From NCBI GenBank assembly GCA_036172245.1, contig JAYWIR010000037.1, forward strand, positions 930,001-994,000: DNA of 64,000 nt. The letters run 5' to 3'. The notes beneath the pieces were generated by a model, which was given only the letters and a program-made list of their open reading frames with translations, was not told the DNA's origin and searched no databases. A program made the translations under genes and the position numbers. Positions 40,811-54,000 of the stretch are shown here, piece by piece. The DNA is from Raillietiella orientalis. Lineage: Eukaryota. How positions within the stretch are numbered: position 1 is the first letter of the stretch; every line of letters begins with the position of its first letter.

Positions 40811-43289
40811 ATGCTCGCACACAAAAAGGCAGACAGACAGGCACACATGCACGCATACACCACGTGCACGATTATCAGCTGATAATTAATGCTCGCAATA
40901 CCTGAGGAACATTCGACTTGATCAGTTTGCATTGCTGCAGCTCACGGAACGGAACTTAACAGCTAATGAAGGATGTAAGAGCCTCGTTACTGGGCAACAC
41001 GCGACGGCTGATGCAGCGACGAGTATAAATTTATGACCATGAAGGCCGTGCATGCCGGTGATCCGGCGCAAGAAGCCGAAATTAATTTTGCAGAATCGAT
41101 GCGCCACGTGACTCCACCATCGTGAACAAACAGGCAATCCTCCTCGCGGCTCCTATCGATCATCTTCCCGTTTCAAGCAGAGGCGCGCACACAAACGGTT
41201 GCTTGTGTCCTGGGTGAGTAGACCCCGCAGACAAGAAGATGGGGAATGGATCGGCTTGAACGTTTCCCTCTAGGAACTGGGAGGAGGTCAGAGAGTCGAC
41301 GCCGCCGCAAGTGGTTTGCTCCCGTCCGGTGTCCCCTCCCCTTCCTCTCTTGCTAATCCTTGCTCCTGCGTGTGGTTCGGCTTAGTACGGTGGTGACACA
41401 CTGTCAGGCGGTGCGGGAGTCAGGGAGAATGACATGGGAAAGTCTTTCGGGTGACAAAGGGAATCCGCGATCAAAGCTGGTGGTGCAGCGGCTCGCAAAC
41501 AACCAACCGTCCTCCCACTTTGAGAGCGACCTTGAATCCCCGCTAGCAACGCAGGGATTTTTAACCATGCGGCAATGAAAATAAAACAACGGCAAGGAAA
41601 ACAGTGGGAAGAGGGAACAACAATGAGGAACAAAGATGGCGAGAAACGGTGAGGAGAAACAACAGCAAGAAGGCACAATGGGGGGAGAGTTTTCAACTAG
41701 CAATAATCGCGCCTCTCTTTCGTTCAGCGGCGGCGATACTGCCCGTGAGCAAGGTTAGGGAGAGGGGGGAGCACAGTTGTGTACTGTCCTCAGTTGCTGC
41801 GCGACGAAGTCATCATCCCCCAATGACGAGCGAGGAGCGTTTGAGAAAGCGGTGCGCGCGCGCGTGCGGCGTGCGTGCTTGCGTGCACGGCGCGCCTGGG
41901 GAGAGGGAGACGGACTCGCAAGTTCTCGGGAGACCTGCACGGAAGGGAAGAGAGGAAAAGGGGATGGCGACCGTCCAGCCACAGGTGACGTCACTTCCTG
42001 CATTCACGTTCCAGATTCCCTCCGCTCCCTTCCTTTAAAACTCAAGGGACCTATCTGGCTCGAGCTCAGGAGGAGACGGATCCCGGAATTCCGCGCCTAG
42101 GAAGGACACCTCCTCCTAGTGGCAGTGGTTGGAGAATCGGGGGGTTACGTGAGTGGACACGAGTAGCACATCCGGTCACGCGGAAAGCCGAAAGATCCCC
42201 TTCTCTCTCCCCTTCCCCACCCTCTCCATCCCCTCTTTCATCCGATCGACAGACGACGAAGAAGGAAGTCGGACATGCGGGAGGGGAAGGGGGGGGGCTG
42301 AGAGGAAGAGCGAGGAGAAGAAAGAAAGAAGAAGGATATGTTAATTCTTCCACTTTCCCTCGCAAGAAAAGCAAGCAATTACGACCTGTTAGGAGGCCAA
42401 CCGTAAATCTCGTCGGTGCTGCCGTATACCTGCTACAGCAGGATGAGAAAAAGGGAAGAAGACATCTTTATGGCCGCCTTCTTTGTCAGAGGCACTGAAC
42501 ACGCTACCGGAAGGCATTCCCGACAGGCTCGATTCTCAGCCTCATCGCCATATCTCTGCATGTATTTTTTTCCCTTCTTTTTCGGCATCTTCCCTCTTCC
42601 TCCTTTTCTTCGTCCTCCCCTCCTTCCTCTCCCTTCCCCTGTCGCCAGGTGATTGATGCTGATTTACGAAGCTGATGGAAGCGGAGAAGATCTTCTTTCA
42701 GCTCCTTTGGTTCCCACGCTTTCTGGAAACCTCCCGATGATGATTTTAGGATTCCGTCTGACGTCCAGCTCTCCTACAGGTAGCACCGCCTTCTCCGGGA
42801 CGCCCTGGGCAAGCGAAAATCAGAAACGTTCCCAGCACGCCGAAAAGAGAGGGATAGGAGCATTCCCGCGACTTCCTCAGCCGGAAACTTCTGGGAGGGA
42901 ACGAAGGAACTCTTTCCAGGAAGAAAAGCCTCCACTCAGTAGGGACATGAGCATCCCCCGGGTTCATCCCTGCCGCAGGCACACCTCTTACTGCTGGCAC
43001 TTTTCCCCTCGTCCGGGGAGCCTCCGTAAAAGAAAGGAAGTCAGGAACGCGCCCCTGGAGGCTTGCAGCTGCAACTTTCGTATGGGATGACAGCACGATA
43101 CGAGGGAGAAATGGAAGGAAGGGAGGACTTCCTTCCGTATCCTCTTCTTTTCTGCCTCTCTTCCTCTCCTCCTTCTTGCATCCCCTCCTACTCCTCATAC
43201 TCTTTTCATACGAGAGTAGACTCCTTGCTGTTCCCTCCTTCTCGGTGTGGGGTGTACGAAGGAGAGGGAAGGGAACGAAAAGTTAAAAG

Positions 43290-43560
43290 CAGCTTCCAGC
43301 TACCAGGAGGGGATCTCAAGGGAATTTTGCGAAAGCGGTTACTGGCTGCAGCTCCGGAGAGACTTGTCCTGGTTGGTCGGCCGCATGGTGCCCTTCCCTT
43401 CTCTCCCTTCTCGTCATGTCTTCATCTCCTCTGCTCCCCTGGATCGTCCTTTCTTGCGGACAGGCGCGTGAACGAGCAGTCGAGCTTCAGGGACCGCATC
43501 TCTCCCGCCCGACGTCTGGCATGGGCGAAGTATAGAAGAGGCATGGCCACGTCCCCTAGT
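43290..43560 (+). pseudogene. Possible LINE APE-endonuclease relic
   Basis: FQLPGGDLKGIL resembles GGDFN.IL, followed by FLAD...FRDRISPARRLAW resembling L.D.FR...P....FTW. Weak and eroded. Confidence 0.25.
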
Positions 43561-45437
43561 GGTGGAAGCACCAGCAGGGAGACTGGGCGGTCATGTGATA
43601 GCGGCCGATGCCGTGAGCAGGAGGCTCCTGGACCGAAGAGGAATCTTGGACTGGCCACCCTTCTGTCCCCCTGCTCCTTCAGCGTGCCTGACTTTCCATG
43701 TCGAAGTACCTGGAGGTTGAATGAAAGAACCCCAAGCGAGGGAGAGCCAGACCTTCCGGTTCTCCGAGAGGTCAGGGAAATGAATCTCCATTTCGATTAT
43801 TCGTCCCCAATTCCCGTCTCCCAGATAGGTTGGTCGGGTTGGGCCTGCCGGAGCTCCTGAGGTGCCTCTGAAACTTCAGCATGTGTCAAAGAGCGCATCT
43901 TCGTCGACTCCAGCGAGATACGTCCGGGAACACGATCTGACTGCGAGGAGGAAGGGAGGCAGCTGAAAGCGAGGGCAGCAGACCCTCTGCATCGGTCAAT
44001 GCCCAGCAGAACCTGCAGCGATGAGGAAGGCGGCTCCTCGATGCCTCCCGGATCCTCCCCTCCCCTCCCCAAACATGATAGAGACAGGGAAAAGCCGGGT
44101 CATGGGGGCGTCGCCATGCCCAGGCAAGAAATGACCATTGCGCATTTCGGCGGAGGCTACCGCCTTCCTTCGAGTCCCGACCCCTAAGGAGGAGAAGGAT
44201 TGAGGAGGAGGAAGAGAAAAGGAAAAGTTACGGAGATGCGTGTTGCTCTCGTAAGGGGAAAGCGAGGATGCCACACGGGGAGAGAAGCTTCTCCTCTCTT
44301 CCTTCCTCCCATTGCTCTTTCTACAGGACTCCCTCCTAAAAGTCTCACCGCGAATCCTCGGAAAGGGAAGATCAGCACGTCCACCCTTCTCCTAAGGACA
44401 GGGAGTGGTAGCTGTGCTCCCGCTGCCTTTATCGGCCTCGCAACGACAAAAAGTCGTCAGGAGAGGTCAGGATAGATCTTCTCTCCCCCTTCCATGCTCT
44501 TCTCCTTCCGAAGGAGGGAGCCCCGGAGGAGCCACTGGAGGAGCCTAACTTGCCTCCTTCGGGAGAGCAGCTGCCCTCGCGGCCCGGAAAATCGCGCTTA
44601 CGGAAAAGGGATACTCCAGACAAGGACATTCTTCTCCGGGAAGTGATCGCTGACCTTACCACGCCCACTCTGCTTCCTTCTCAGCCGGGGGCTTAGTGCG
44701 AGACAGGAAAAAGCAGACAGCAGCCTGGCAGAAGGGCGGAGCGTGGCGCCCGTCGCGGGAGGTAGGATCTTCCCGGCTTTCTTCCCAGGAAAGAAAACGG
44801 AAGCGGTAGACATCCCTTAGCTACCCATCCCCACTCCTTGCCCCGTCTTGCTCCCGGAGAGGCCATCCTCTTCGTTATGGGAGGAACGCCGTCTGCTAAA
44901 CAAGAAAGCGACGGGGGGAAGTCAGCGGACGCCCGCACCCTCCAGAAAGAGGGAGGCAGATGGAGGGAAGCTCTTCTAGGAAGGGCCCACTCCCTCTTCC
45001 CTCCTTTCCTTCCCAGGTGCAATCCCCAAACCCTCCCCCCATCAAAGGTCCCCCATGACGACGTCAATTCGAAGGCTCTGGGCAGGCTCTCCTGTACACC
45101 TCATCCGCCCTATTCCTACACAGTCTGCTCCTTCTTCCCCTTTTCCTCCGGCCAGGAACCGAGGAGGACATGAGGCGCCTATGGTTGCCTTTTCTTGCTT
45201 CCCTGGACTCATCACAGGCTCGGTCGGGAAGGCGGCAGAAGACAGGGACGCCGGTTCGGCCTTCCTCCTGCTTTCCTGGGCCTCAACGAACCCGAGATGC
45301 AGCTTCCTCGGGATGCATCGTCGGTGCTCCAGGAAACCGGCAGGAGGAAAGGAGACTCAGAAGGACCTCTTCTCAGCTCGATGGGGAACCATGACTCTGG
45401 AACTTGTGAGAGCTGGCAGTTCGTCCTATATCCAACA

Positions 45438-45629
45438 TCCTCTTTCTCTCTTCCTTCTCCTCTCCTTTCTTTCTCCCCTCCTTTCCTTCTCCTCCTTCCC
45501 TCTTCCTCCTTTCCTCCTCTTTCTCTTCCCTTCTTCTTCTTCCTCCTTCCTTCCTCTTACTCTTCTTTCCTTCTTCCTCCATCCCCCTCTCCCCTTTCCT
45601 CTTCGTCCTCTCCTTCTTCTCCTCTTCCT
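45438..45629. repeat. Polypyrimidine/polypurine tract
   Basis: 192 nt of C/T with only three purines (45559, 45581, 45605). Confidence 0.9.
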
Positions 45630-46871
45630 GCACCAAGGGATGCCTGGGTGATACCTGGCGCTCTCCGGAGCCATCATCGATTCCCGCCTTTGGCCGCCGG
45701 ACGATCATGACTTCGGACTCTTGTATCCACTCATGGTCACGTGATCCGCGGATACCGGACGAACGCCCTCTCTGACGGCCCGTTCTCTCCTGCAGCCCTC
45801 GCTTACGCCCACGCCTCTATCCCCCCCTCATCACGTCCTGGGGATGAGCTCTCAGCACCGGGCGGTGGCTCTGGCTGGACAGCGCAGCTGCTTCTCCCTC
45901 CTTCTTCCGGGAGGAGGGCTCGCAAGCAGTCTTCTTCTAGGTTGGGCTACCTCTTGGCTTTTTGTCTTGCAGCATCGGCAGCAGCGGTCCCTGGTCATCG
46001 CTTCGTGGGAAGAGGGCACTCTTTCCTCCTCCTCCTCTCCCTGTCTGAGTCAATCGTGTGCAACTTTTCCACACGAAGTTTTCCTCTGGAGGGGAGGTGG
46101 GCGGGTGGGATGGAGGGGGGGAGGTGTGGCGATTGCTGCAGCGTTCCTGGAGCTCCAGGTCCCTGGTTTTGAAGTCGCCGCCGCCGAAGACAACAACGGC
46201 GTCGCCAGGCTCCATCTTGGGTGCAATCAAAACAAGAGAATTTATTCTCTGTTGTGCTGGAAGACTGTTGCGGCGCCCGGCCGCCTCCCCTCCCCCGCAT
46301 GGACCGTTCCCGGAAGCCCTGATTTACGGCGACCGTAAAGGGCACCGGGAAAAAACATAAATCTGACCGCGCGGTTTCCGAGAGACGCTGCGCCGGCGCC
46401 GCCGCACTCCTTTCTCGGGAGGGCAGTCGGCCGGCGGGGAGAAGGGGCCGCGCGCGTGCGCGCGTAGCGTCCCTTCCTCTTCTCTTCCGTCCATTCCTTC
46501 CTTCCTTCCTTCCTTCCCCGCCTCACCCCTCGCTCCCCCTCTCTCTCCTCCCTCTCGGATTTATTAGCTATAAATAGCCATTCGTATTCCATGGCCACCG
46601 CTTTGTCCGCGCGTTTCCGTGGAGACAGAGCCGAGCTCCTTGGGAAGAAAGGAGCAGGGGGGGAGGGGAGGTAGGCGACGCTCCCAGCTGCCCCGCGCCC
46701 GCAGCTGAACCCGTAGGCAACTCCTGCGCTTTCCCGACAGACCTCCGCACCGGAGACTGCCCCACCCTCGGCGGCCGTCCACTCTTCCTGGAGGAAGGAG
46801 ACTTCCTCTGGGACACAGATCTCTTCCAGGAGGCCGTTAGCAGCCTCCGGGCGCCGGGAGAAGAGCGCCAA

Positions 46872-46889
46872 GCGCGCGCGCGCGCGCGC
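46872..46889. repeat. (GC)9 dinucleotide run
   Basis: Directly visible. Confidence 0.9.
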
Positions 46890-49800
46890 TCGGAGGCTCA
46901 AAATGAGCAGCTCGCGGCTCCGCCCGGAGGAGCCGCGCGGAGGAGCGCGCGGGAAGCATAAAGACATCACCGCAAACATTCCCGTCCGCCCGGCTCGCCT
47001 GGAGACCGACCCGACGCTGAAAGCCCAATCATCGCCTCCATTATGCCGGCTCAATCGACAGAAAACCATTTATCTTGGGGGAAGATCTTTTCTTTCGCCT
47101 CCCTTATCTGCGTCCTCGGCGGCGGCGGCGCTCGGCTCGCTTTCGCCTTGCCTCCCATTCCGGGGGACGCGCACAAAGCGGGGACGGGGCTCCCCCCAGG
47201 TGAGGACCCCGTGATGGGGCGGAGAAAACTCGCCTCGGTGTCCCGCTACGCTTACAAGTTGCCAACGAAACGCAGCTTGCAAACACGGTCGCATGACAAC
47301 GCGCGCAGCGCGCGAGGACAAAGGCCGGACGGAAGCCCGCCGCCGCCGCCGCCGCCACCTCCTTGGTGAGCGCACCCGTCGCGGGGACAGGGAGAGAGAG
47401 GTCCGAGGCGGAGGTTCCGCGCGTGTGCGCTCCTGGAGGAACGAACGGGCGGGCGGGCGGGCGCGGAGGGAGAGAGTAGCGGTGTCTTCACCGCGCGAGA
47501 CGGCCGCTGGGCGATTAGCCGGCTTGTCGCCGTCCCTCGCGCGCTGGCGGTCAACTCGAGCGGAAGAAGTAAGGAAGCCAAACATCAACTTTCCCCTCCT
47601 CCGCCGTCCGCCCACTCGTCGCCGAGACTACGAAGGAAAAGACGCGTGCGCGACCTGATCCCGGAGATGGTGGGTTAAGGTCGCGCACTTTCTCTCCCGC
47701 CTCCGTTCCGGGGCCAGGCACGGATGCTCCAGAAGGACAGGGAGGGGGGCAGGGGGAAGGAGCAGACATTCACCCTCGACTGTCCGGGGGCCGCAAGCCC
47801 AGTCGCGCTCTGAACTGGAGGGCGCGCCTACTCCAGTCTTTCTCCTTCTCTCTTTTTTTTTCTCCTCCTTCCCCTCTTCCTCCAGCCTTCCCCCTCCCTG
47901 GCTACTCCATCTCTTCCTCATTCCTTCCACCTCTTGCACCAGGGAGAGCCCAGCTAACCCCTGGCGTTCTCCTCCTTCTGACAATCCGGGAGATCGAGCG
48001 CTCGACTCGAGGGCGCTGCCGCTGTTACCTGATGCCCCACATCCCTGCGCGCACGCTGTAGCAGCTGCGCACCTCTGTGTTGGGAGAGAGGGGTAGAAAT
48101 GCAAATTTTCACACATCCGTAGTATGATCCCACTCCATCAGTGCACGTAGCAGTACCCACTCCCCCTATTCGGTCAGTTTGCCCCACTTTACAGGAAGCT
48201 GAATGGAACACCTTCCAGAGCCTTAAAAATCGGGAAGAATGCGCCGCTCCTTGCTCACCGAAGAATCCCGCCCGCCGCATCTGAAATCAGCCCGCCTGGA
48301 TCCTTTTCGGTGACGACGCTCTGTAGCTCGCAGGGAAAAGGTGCCTCCTTGCTAGAAGAGAAGGATGAATATGAGTACGGAGCCAGGTCAGAAGGGAGTC
48401 AAAAACCAACCAAGGAGGAAAGCAGATGGTTCCATCGGCGTTCTCTTGGGTCAGCGCGAAACGGCGATCGCTCCAGAGAGCTGCCCTCCCTGCTCGGGAA
48501 CGCCTCCACTCGGAAGGGAGCGAACTCTGAACAGAAACTATCTCGAGCGGGAATCTGCCCCTCTCTCTTTTTGGCTCTTTTTTTTTCCTAGACAGCGGTT
48601 CTTAAGGTGCCGCAATTAAGGCCTCTCTTTCTCCCCTTGGGAGGAAGAAAGTCACGTGATTTTATTTCCGCCATATTTTATCCAGCGGAATCGAATTTTC
48701 CTCAGGTGCTTCCTCACTCGTCCAGCGCGAGGCGGAGACCTTCGAGACAAGAGAGAGGAAGAAAAGAAAGCAAAAAAGGGAACACGGAACTTCCGCAGAA
48801 CACGAGACGCGATGTGGAGCAAGTCGCTGCGCGGGAATCACCAGCCTCCTTGCAGAACCGGGGATCCCATAACGGGGGTCACCATGGCAAGCGACGAAGT
48901 GCGGCAGTTGCTGCAGCGACGACGGAATTCCGAAAGCAAAGGTGCTCTCGCCTGGGAGCAGGAACTTCCCGGGTGTTCCCCAGTGGCACCTCGGGTTCTT
49001 CGCGAGGAGGGAAATCCTCATCGTCTCCCAGACATCCGACCAAGAGAAAGGAGATCATTTCAGTGATTTCGGGAAAACGCCAGACGACGAGGATCCCCCA
49101 CCAGGGATGGTAAGGCATCCGACTCGAAGCGAGAACTCTTCGTGTCTCGCGACGGCCTTATGGATGAGTGGAAGGAAGCCACTGCTCCCATCTACCGGGT
49201 AGTCTTCCGGAGGTCTCTTGAACCGTGACGAAGAAGTTCGATGGCTGTCGCCAAAGTTTTGAAGGCCTCTGCCGAGTGCGGCTGCGATGCTGGAAATCTG
49301 CTGGCAAGCGCTGATGGATCTCCTGATCTCCTCCAATGCGACTCCCACTAGGATCACCTCAGATGAAAACCACGGAAGATGGACGCGATCTTCCAGCTGA
49401 TGAACAATGACGCCTGGGCCAGGTTTCCTCGATCGAGGCTTCGTTCAAAGGTGCCATCCATCTGCGCGCTTCAGGATGAAGATGTAGACCCGGAAGTGGG
49501 TGGCATTCCTGAAGTTCGGTCTGCAGTCCCGTGCCCTTCGAGGAACCTCCCCATATTTTTGGGGATTTGGGGATCAAAGGTGCTATAGCAGAGGTGGGCT
49601 ATAGCAGCAGCACTGCCCGTCTGGACAAGATCGGGAGATAACCCAACGTGCGTTACACTGCGTCCTCTTTGTCGGGCGTCTGCTTCTAGAGTGCTTTCTC
49701 TCCGAGGGGGACTCGCCCGTGTTAGCTCAGAGTCACTGCCGGCTGAGGAGACATCCCAACCGAAGATTCACGTCAACCCATTTGCATATTTATTGAGTCC

Positions 49801-50199
49801 TGCTCCACAATTACTCCTTCTGCTTGTAATCGGGATGAAAACTTCATTATTATTTATGGGTACTATGGAAACACGAAGATGGCGTCCACCTCTTCGAGCA
49901 AATAGGATCCAAAGGGATAATTAGCATCCGCGTTCTTTTCTTGAGTTCCATCGTGCGTAGCAACGAATTGTTTATAGCTTCCTTTCGACCAGGAACGAGC
50001 GAAAGAAGAAGAAGAAAAAAAGAAGCTCTTTTTTTTAATAAAAAAAAACGAGGATCAATTTTGATAGACACAACATATGATAGAAAACAAACATTTTCAT
50101 CCGGACTGGGTTTCCCTAGAAGCTAGTTTCGGCTAACTCAGGGGCCGTAAAGATTCGCGGAAAAATAGGAAAGAAGGACGGAGCGAAGTGGACGCGAAA

Positions 50200-50900
50200 A
50201 AACAGTCGGAGAAATCGCAGACATTTTGATCAGGAGGCGTTTAGGCAAGCCGCTCCATAGTACCGTTGGGCGGAGGGGAAGACTGAGAGCGAACCCTTCG
50301 ATCCCCTCACGCTCGAGCTGAAAGAACAGCATCTGAAGCGCAGAAGGATGCCTCTCCACTTTCTTCACGCTCCTCGACACCGGTTGTGAAGCACCGATGG
50401 ATCTCCTCTCCATCGTCTCTTCCTCACTGAGGATCTCTTTGAATGGGGAAAGTGTGCAAACGGAAGAATTTTCCTCGGAGCTTCCGGTTGGCATCTGTCG
50501 ACAGCTGGGAGTCGAATCGAAAGAAGCCTCTAGAATTGGGGACGTGGAGTCCTTGGAAAAAGTAGCAAAAGGGGGCTGGGGTTCGCGAAACACTGGCACT
50601 TTCAAATTACAAAACGCCTCCGAAAGGGGTTGGCAGCAGACAGGAAGACTTTCGAGCATCCGGCACACCACCTTTGAGAGACCTTCAGTCTGGTCCGCTG
50701 CTTATTTTGAAGGGCAGGTTGCGCAAACCGAAGGGAAAGGATTGTCCCTCGAAGGGGTCTCCGAAAGAGTCCCAAGGGTAGGCGACGGAGGATCAAAAGG
50801 GATAGTAGGAGCGCGCCAAGCAGACGCTTTCCGAGAAGGCTGCGCCGCCGCGTGCCTTTCAAGAAATTCGCTGCGTGGCGCGCTTCCTGCATTGGTGCCG
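50200..50900 (-). pseudogene. Degenerate LINE reverse-transcriptase relic
   Basis: The minus strand gives LGALLLSL...RGTILSL..., then DQTEGLSKVVCRMLESLP...EAF, then ILEASFDS. This matches the order of L1-type RT N-terminal motifs (GTI.L..K / D.K.L.K....RL...LP / LD.EKAFDS). Confidence 0.35.
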
Positions 50901-50956
50901 CAGTCCGACCTGTCTTCAGGATTCTCGTTCTAGCGGTCCGCGCTGTCCTCTTCGCC

Positions 50957-51014
50957 CTCCACGTTGTTCCCACTTGTTGCCTGGACCGAGGCAACAAGTG
51001 AGAACAACGTGGAG
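50957..51014. other. 58-nt near-perfect hairpin (26-bp stem, 6-nt loop)
   Basis: CTCCACGTTGTTCCCACTTGTTGCCT-ggaccg-AGGCAACAAGTGAGAACAACGTGGAG, with one mismatch that becomes a U-G wobble on the minus strand. Confidence 0.85.
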
Positions 51015-54000
51015 CTCCTGTCCATGAACTGAATCAAGGAAGAAATATTTGTTGGCTGAATAAAGTTCAAGCCAGGAGACGTCCCACGCTCATGATTCGT
51101 GCCAGTCACAAGACAATGCCATGTTTTCTAAATAGGGGAAGAGAGAGAGGGAGAGAAAAACAAGCTGGAAAACGGGAAGCTCTTTTTAGGAGCAAAATAT
51201 TGATTTGCCAAGAGTTACTGATGAGAAATCGTACCGACGAAGAATTCGGTAGTGCGCCTCGCACAAAACAAGAAGAACTGTATGGAAATCAGCATGGATT
51301 CCTGGCTTTGAGCACCCCTTCAAGAGCCGCTGTCGCCAGGGTCTCCTCCGATCGAGTTCCAAGTCCGGAAAGGGTGAACTTGCATTCCTTTCTGGCAAGC
51401 CCATAAGCAAGGAACAAAGAAATATTTCGTTTGGTGCTTGCCTTTAGTGAAATTTCATTTGGAACAGCATTAGCAGCAGCAGCAACAACAACAACAAACC
51501 AAATGTTAGCCAACAGGAGTGTACAAACACAGAAGCAACCAGTAAAATTGAGATGCAATCTCTCCAGCCAACTACTTCAGCTGTCCCAATGTCCAAAGGG
51601 GCGGATCCAGTAAGCTAAATGCACCAGAAGTAAAGGACGGAGACCCGGAATGGAAACACTCGCCGTTTCTTAGCCTCCATAGATGCTGTGGAAGATCCAG
51701 GGAAGTTGAGGGAAGACTTCAGGAAACGAGTTCGACTGAAATGTGTGATCCTCGGGACGCGAGTACAGTGGTCGGAAAACGGCGCCATGGATCTATCAGG
51801 AAGCGAGCGAAAGAGCACTAGGAGGCGTTTTAGGATGGAATGATAAGCCTCTAGACTGGTAGCATCATACACCAGCAAGGGTCATTGAGGTTCCTGGAGA
51901 AAAAGGGGTAGCCGGAAGATATGGAGAACGTGAGTTCGCCATCTGAGATGCTCACCCACAAGGGCGGATGGAGGGAAACTCGTCTCAGCGTCGAGAAAAA
52001 GGCTTCAGATTCTAGAAGAATCGTGGTCACTTCTCGGTTTCGTGAATTTTTCGGATCCTCGGAGTGAAGTTCAAAAAGCTCTGCTGCACTAGATTACTGA
52101 TTCTGAGCATCCTGTTTTCGAGGAATTCTCGCTGGCTGATCAAGGCTGTGCTGGTGGAGAGAGTAGACGTCAGCACACAGCGCCTGACAGACGCGGATGT
52201 GCTTCCCTGCCTGCACATCAAGGAGGAGGGGGGCAGGGTGGGTGGGAAGAGAGAGAGAGAGAGAGAGGGAAAAGCAATCCATCTGCCGATGAAAGAAACT
52301 CACGTTAGCGCAAGCATCGAGATCTGACGACAAGCAGGAAATCGATCGTGGCTCTGGGACAATGAGAGCGGGGAGTCTGACAACAAGCATGGGCCGAGAA
52401 GACCATTGTGAGCGAGGGGAGGAGGGAGGGGAAGTGGGAGTGTCTGTCTATCAGCAGTGCGAATTCTCAGCAACGGGCAATCTGTCCCGGACTGCAAAAC
52501 CAATAGTGGAAGCTAAGAACTCCGGAGAATCAAAAGGGTTCGCCGCAAAAGCATCATTCCGCCGCCGCGGCATCCGCGGATATAACTCCCCTGGGAATCT
52601 GACAGGGAAAACTTTTGACCTTTGACAAAAAGAGGAAAAAAAAAAAAAAAAACACATCAAACGGGAATAGGGATGGTCAAAATTGAAAGGAGAATTTCTT
52701 TCTTTTCGCAAGGCGCTACCTGATGGAAAAGTCGAAGAGCAAGATGGATGGTGGTCGCTGCTAGATAGAAGATTCTCAAATCAGTCTCAGATTCGAAAAG
52801 AGCATACTTCATATTTCTTTTTGACCTAGTGAGGTCATTCGAGGCAGATGGGAAGGCGCCGAGGAGACAGTCTTTGATCTGCGTTGGCTTCTGAATTCTG
52901 TTGCATTTTTTTCTTTTTCTTTTTTATTCCTCCTCTTTCCCGGAATACAGTATCTCGACCATCCCGAGTAAACTTCCCATCATGATCCTGGCATAACTGC
53001 CTGGCTCAGGAGCGAGTTCCGTTTTCTTGTCAACCGCTTGACCATCCCACTGCACGTCCTCCCCCTTGAAAGAGGGATGCTTGGCTCCATCCGGAGCCAC
53101 CTCGAATCTCCTTGCATTCCCTCCACCTCACATGCCAGCTTGGCTCCCCTTTCTTCATCTCAGAGGCTTCCTCCCTATTCGAAGCCTTCCTCTTCCCGGT
53201 CAGCGCACTTGGTCAGCGGAAACAAAAGCGGTCTGCAATCCAACGCGTGCATGCAGTCCGCTGTCAGCCCACCTCCATCCAGTCCGCTATTCTTCTTCCC
53301 GAATGCTTCTTACCTGGCGCTGCTACTCGACTGTTCGCAGAATCTAACGACCTTGAAGAGCAAATGAAAAAGACAGCACTGCGCGAAGAAACCCACACGA
53401 CAGGCGTCAGAAGCTGCCTCCTAGGAAAGAAGGGGGGGGGGAGTGCTCCAGGCAGACAAGAGATGGAAGGACAGCAAAGCAGCTTCGGAGTTCCGCTCCC
53501 GCTTTTAGGACATTCCGCAAACAGGAAGAATGGAATGGCAAGGAGATGCAGTCTGAAAAAGTAGCTACAAGTAGTAGAAAGGGTGAGGGAGGGAAGGAGA
53601 AGCTGTTTTGTGAAGCTTAGATGAATGAAATGCCCGAAATACCTGAGAGAAGATGTGAGTCTGGACAAAGGTTGGTTAATGGGAGATGGAGAACTGCAAC
53701 ATCCCCACTTCTCAAGAAACAAGAATGAGGTTATTGCACGTCCAGCAGAGCTGGAATTGTCCTTTCCGTCAGGGAAGATCACGGGACATGACGTGCACTT
53801 GCTAGGACAGGGGGAATCAGGGAGCTGATTCGAGTTTTCCTTCCAGTTTAGTGAGAGGAAACTGAGGCAGAACCAGGAAACCAGGAATAGAGAAGGATAT
53901 ACTGGGAGATTTCCCATGGAAAATCGCATATTCACTGGATGATGACATTGCATACAGACTCCTATATAACGATGTGGAAAATTCGGGTAAACTGAGAACA

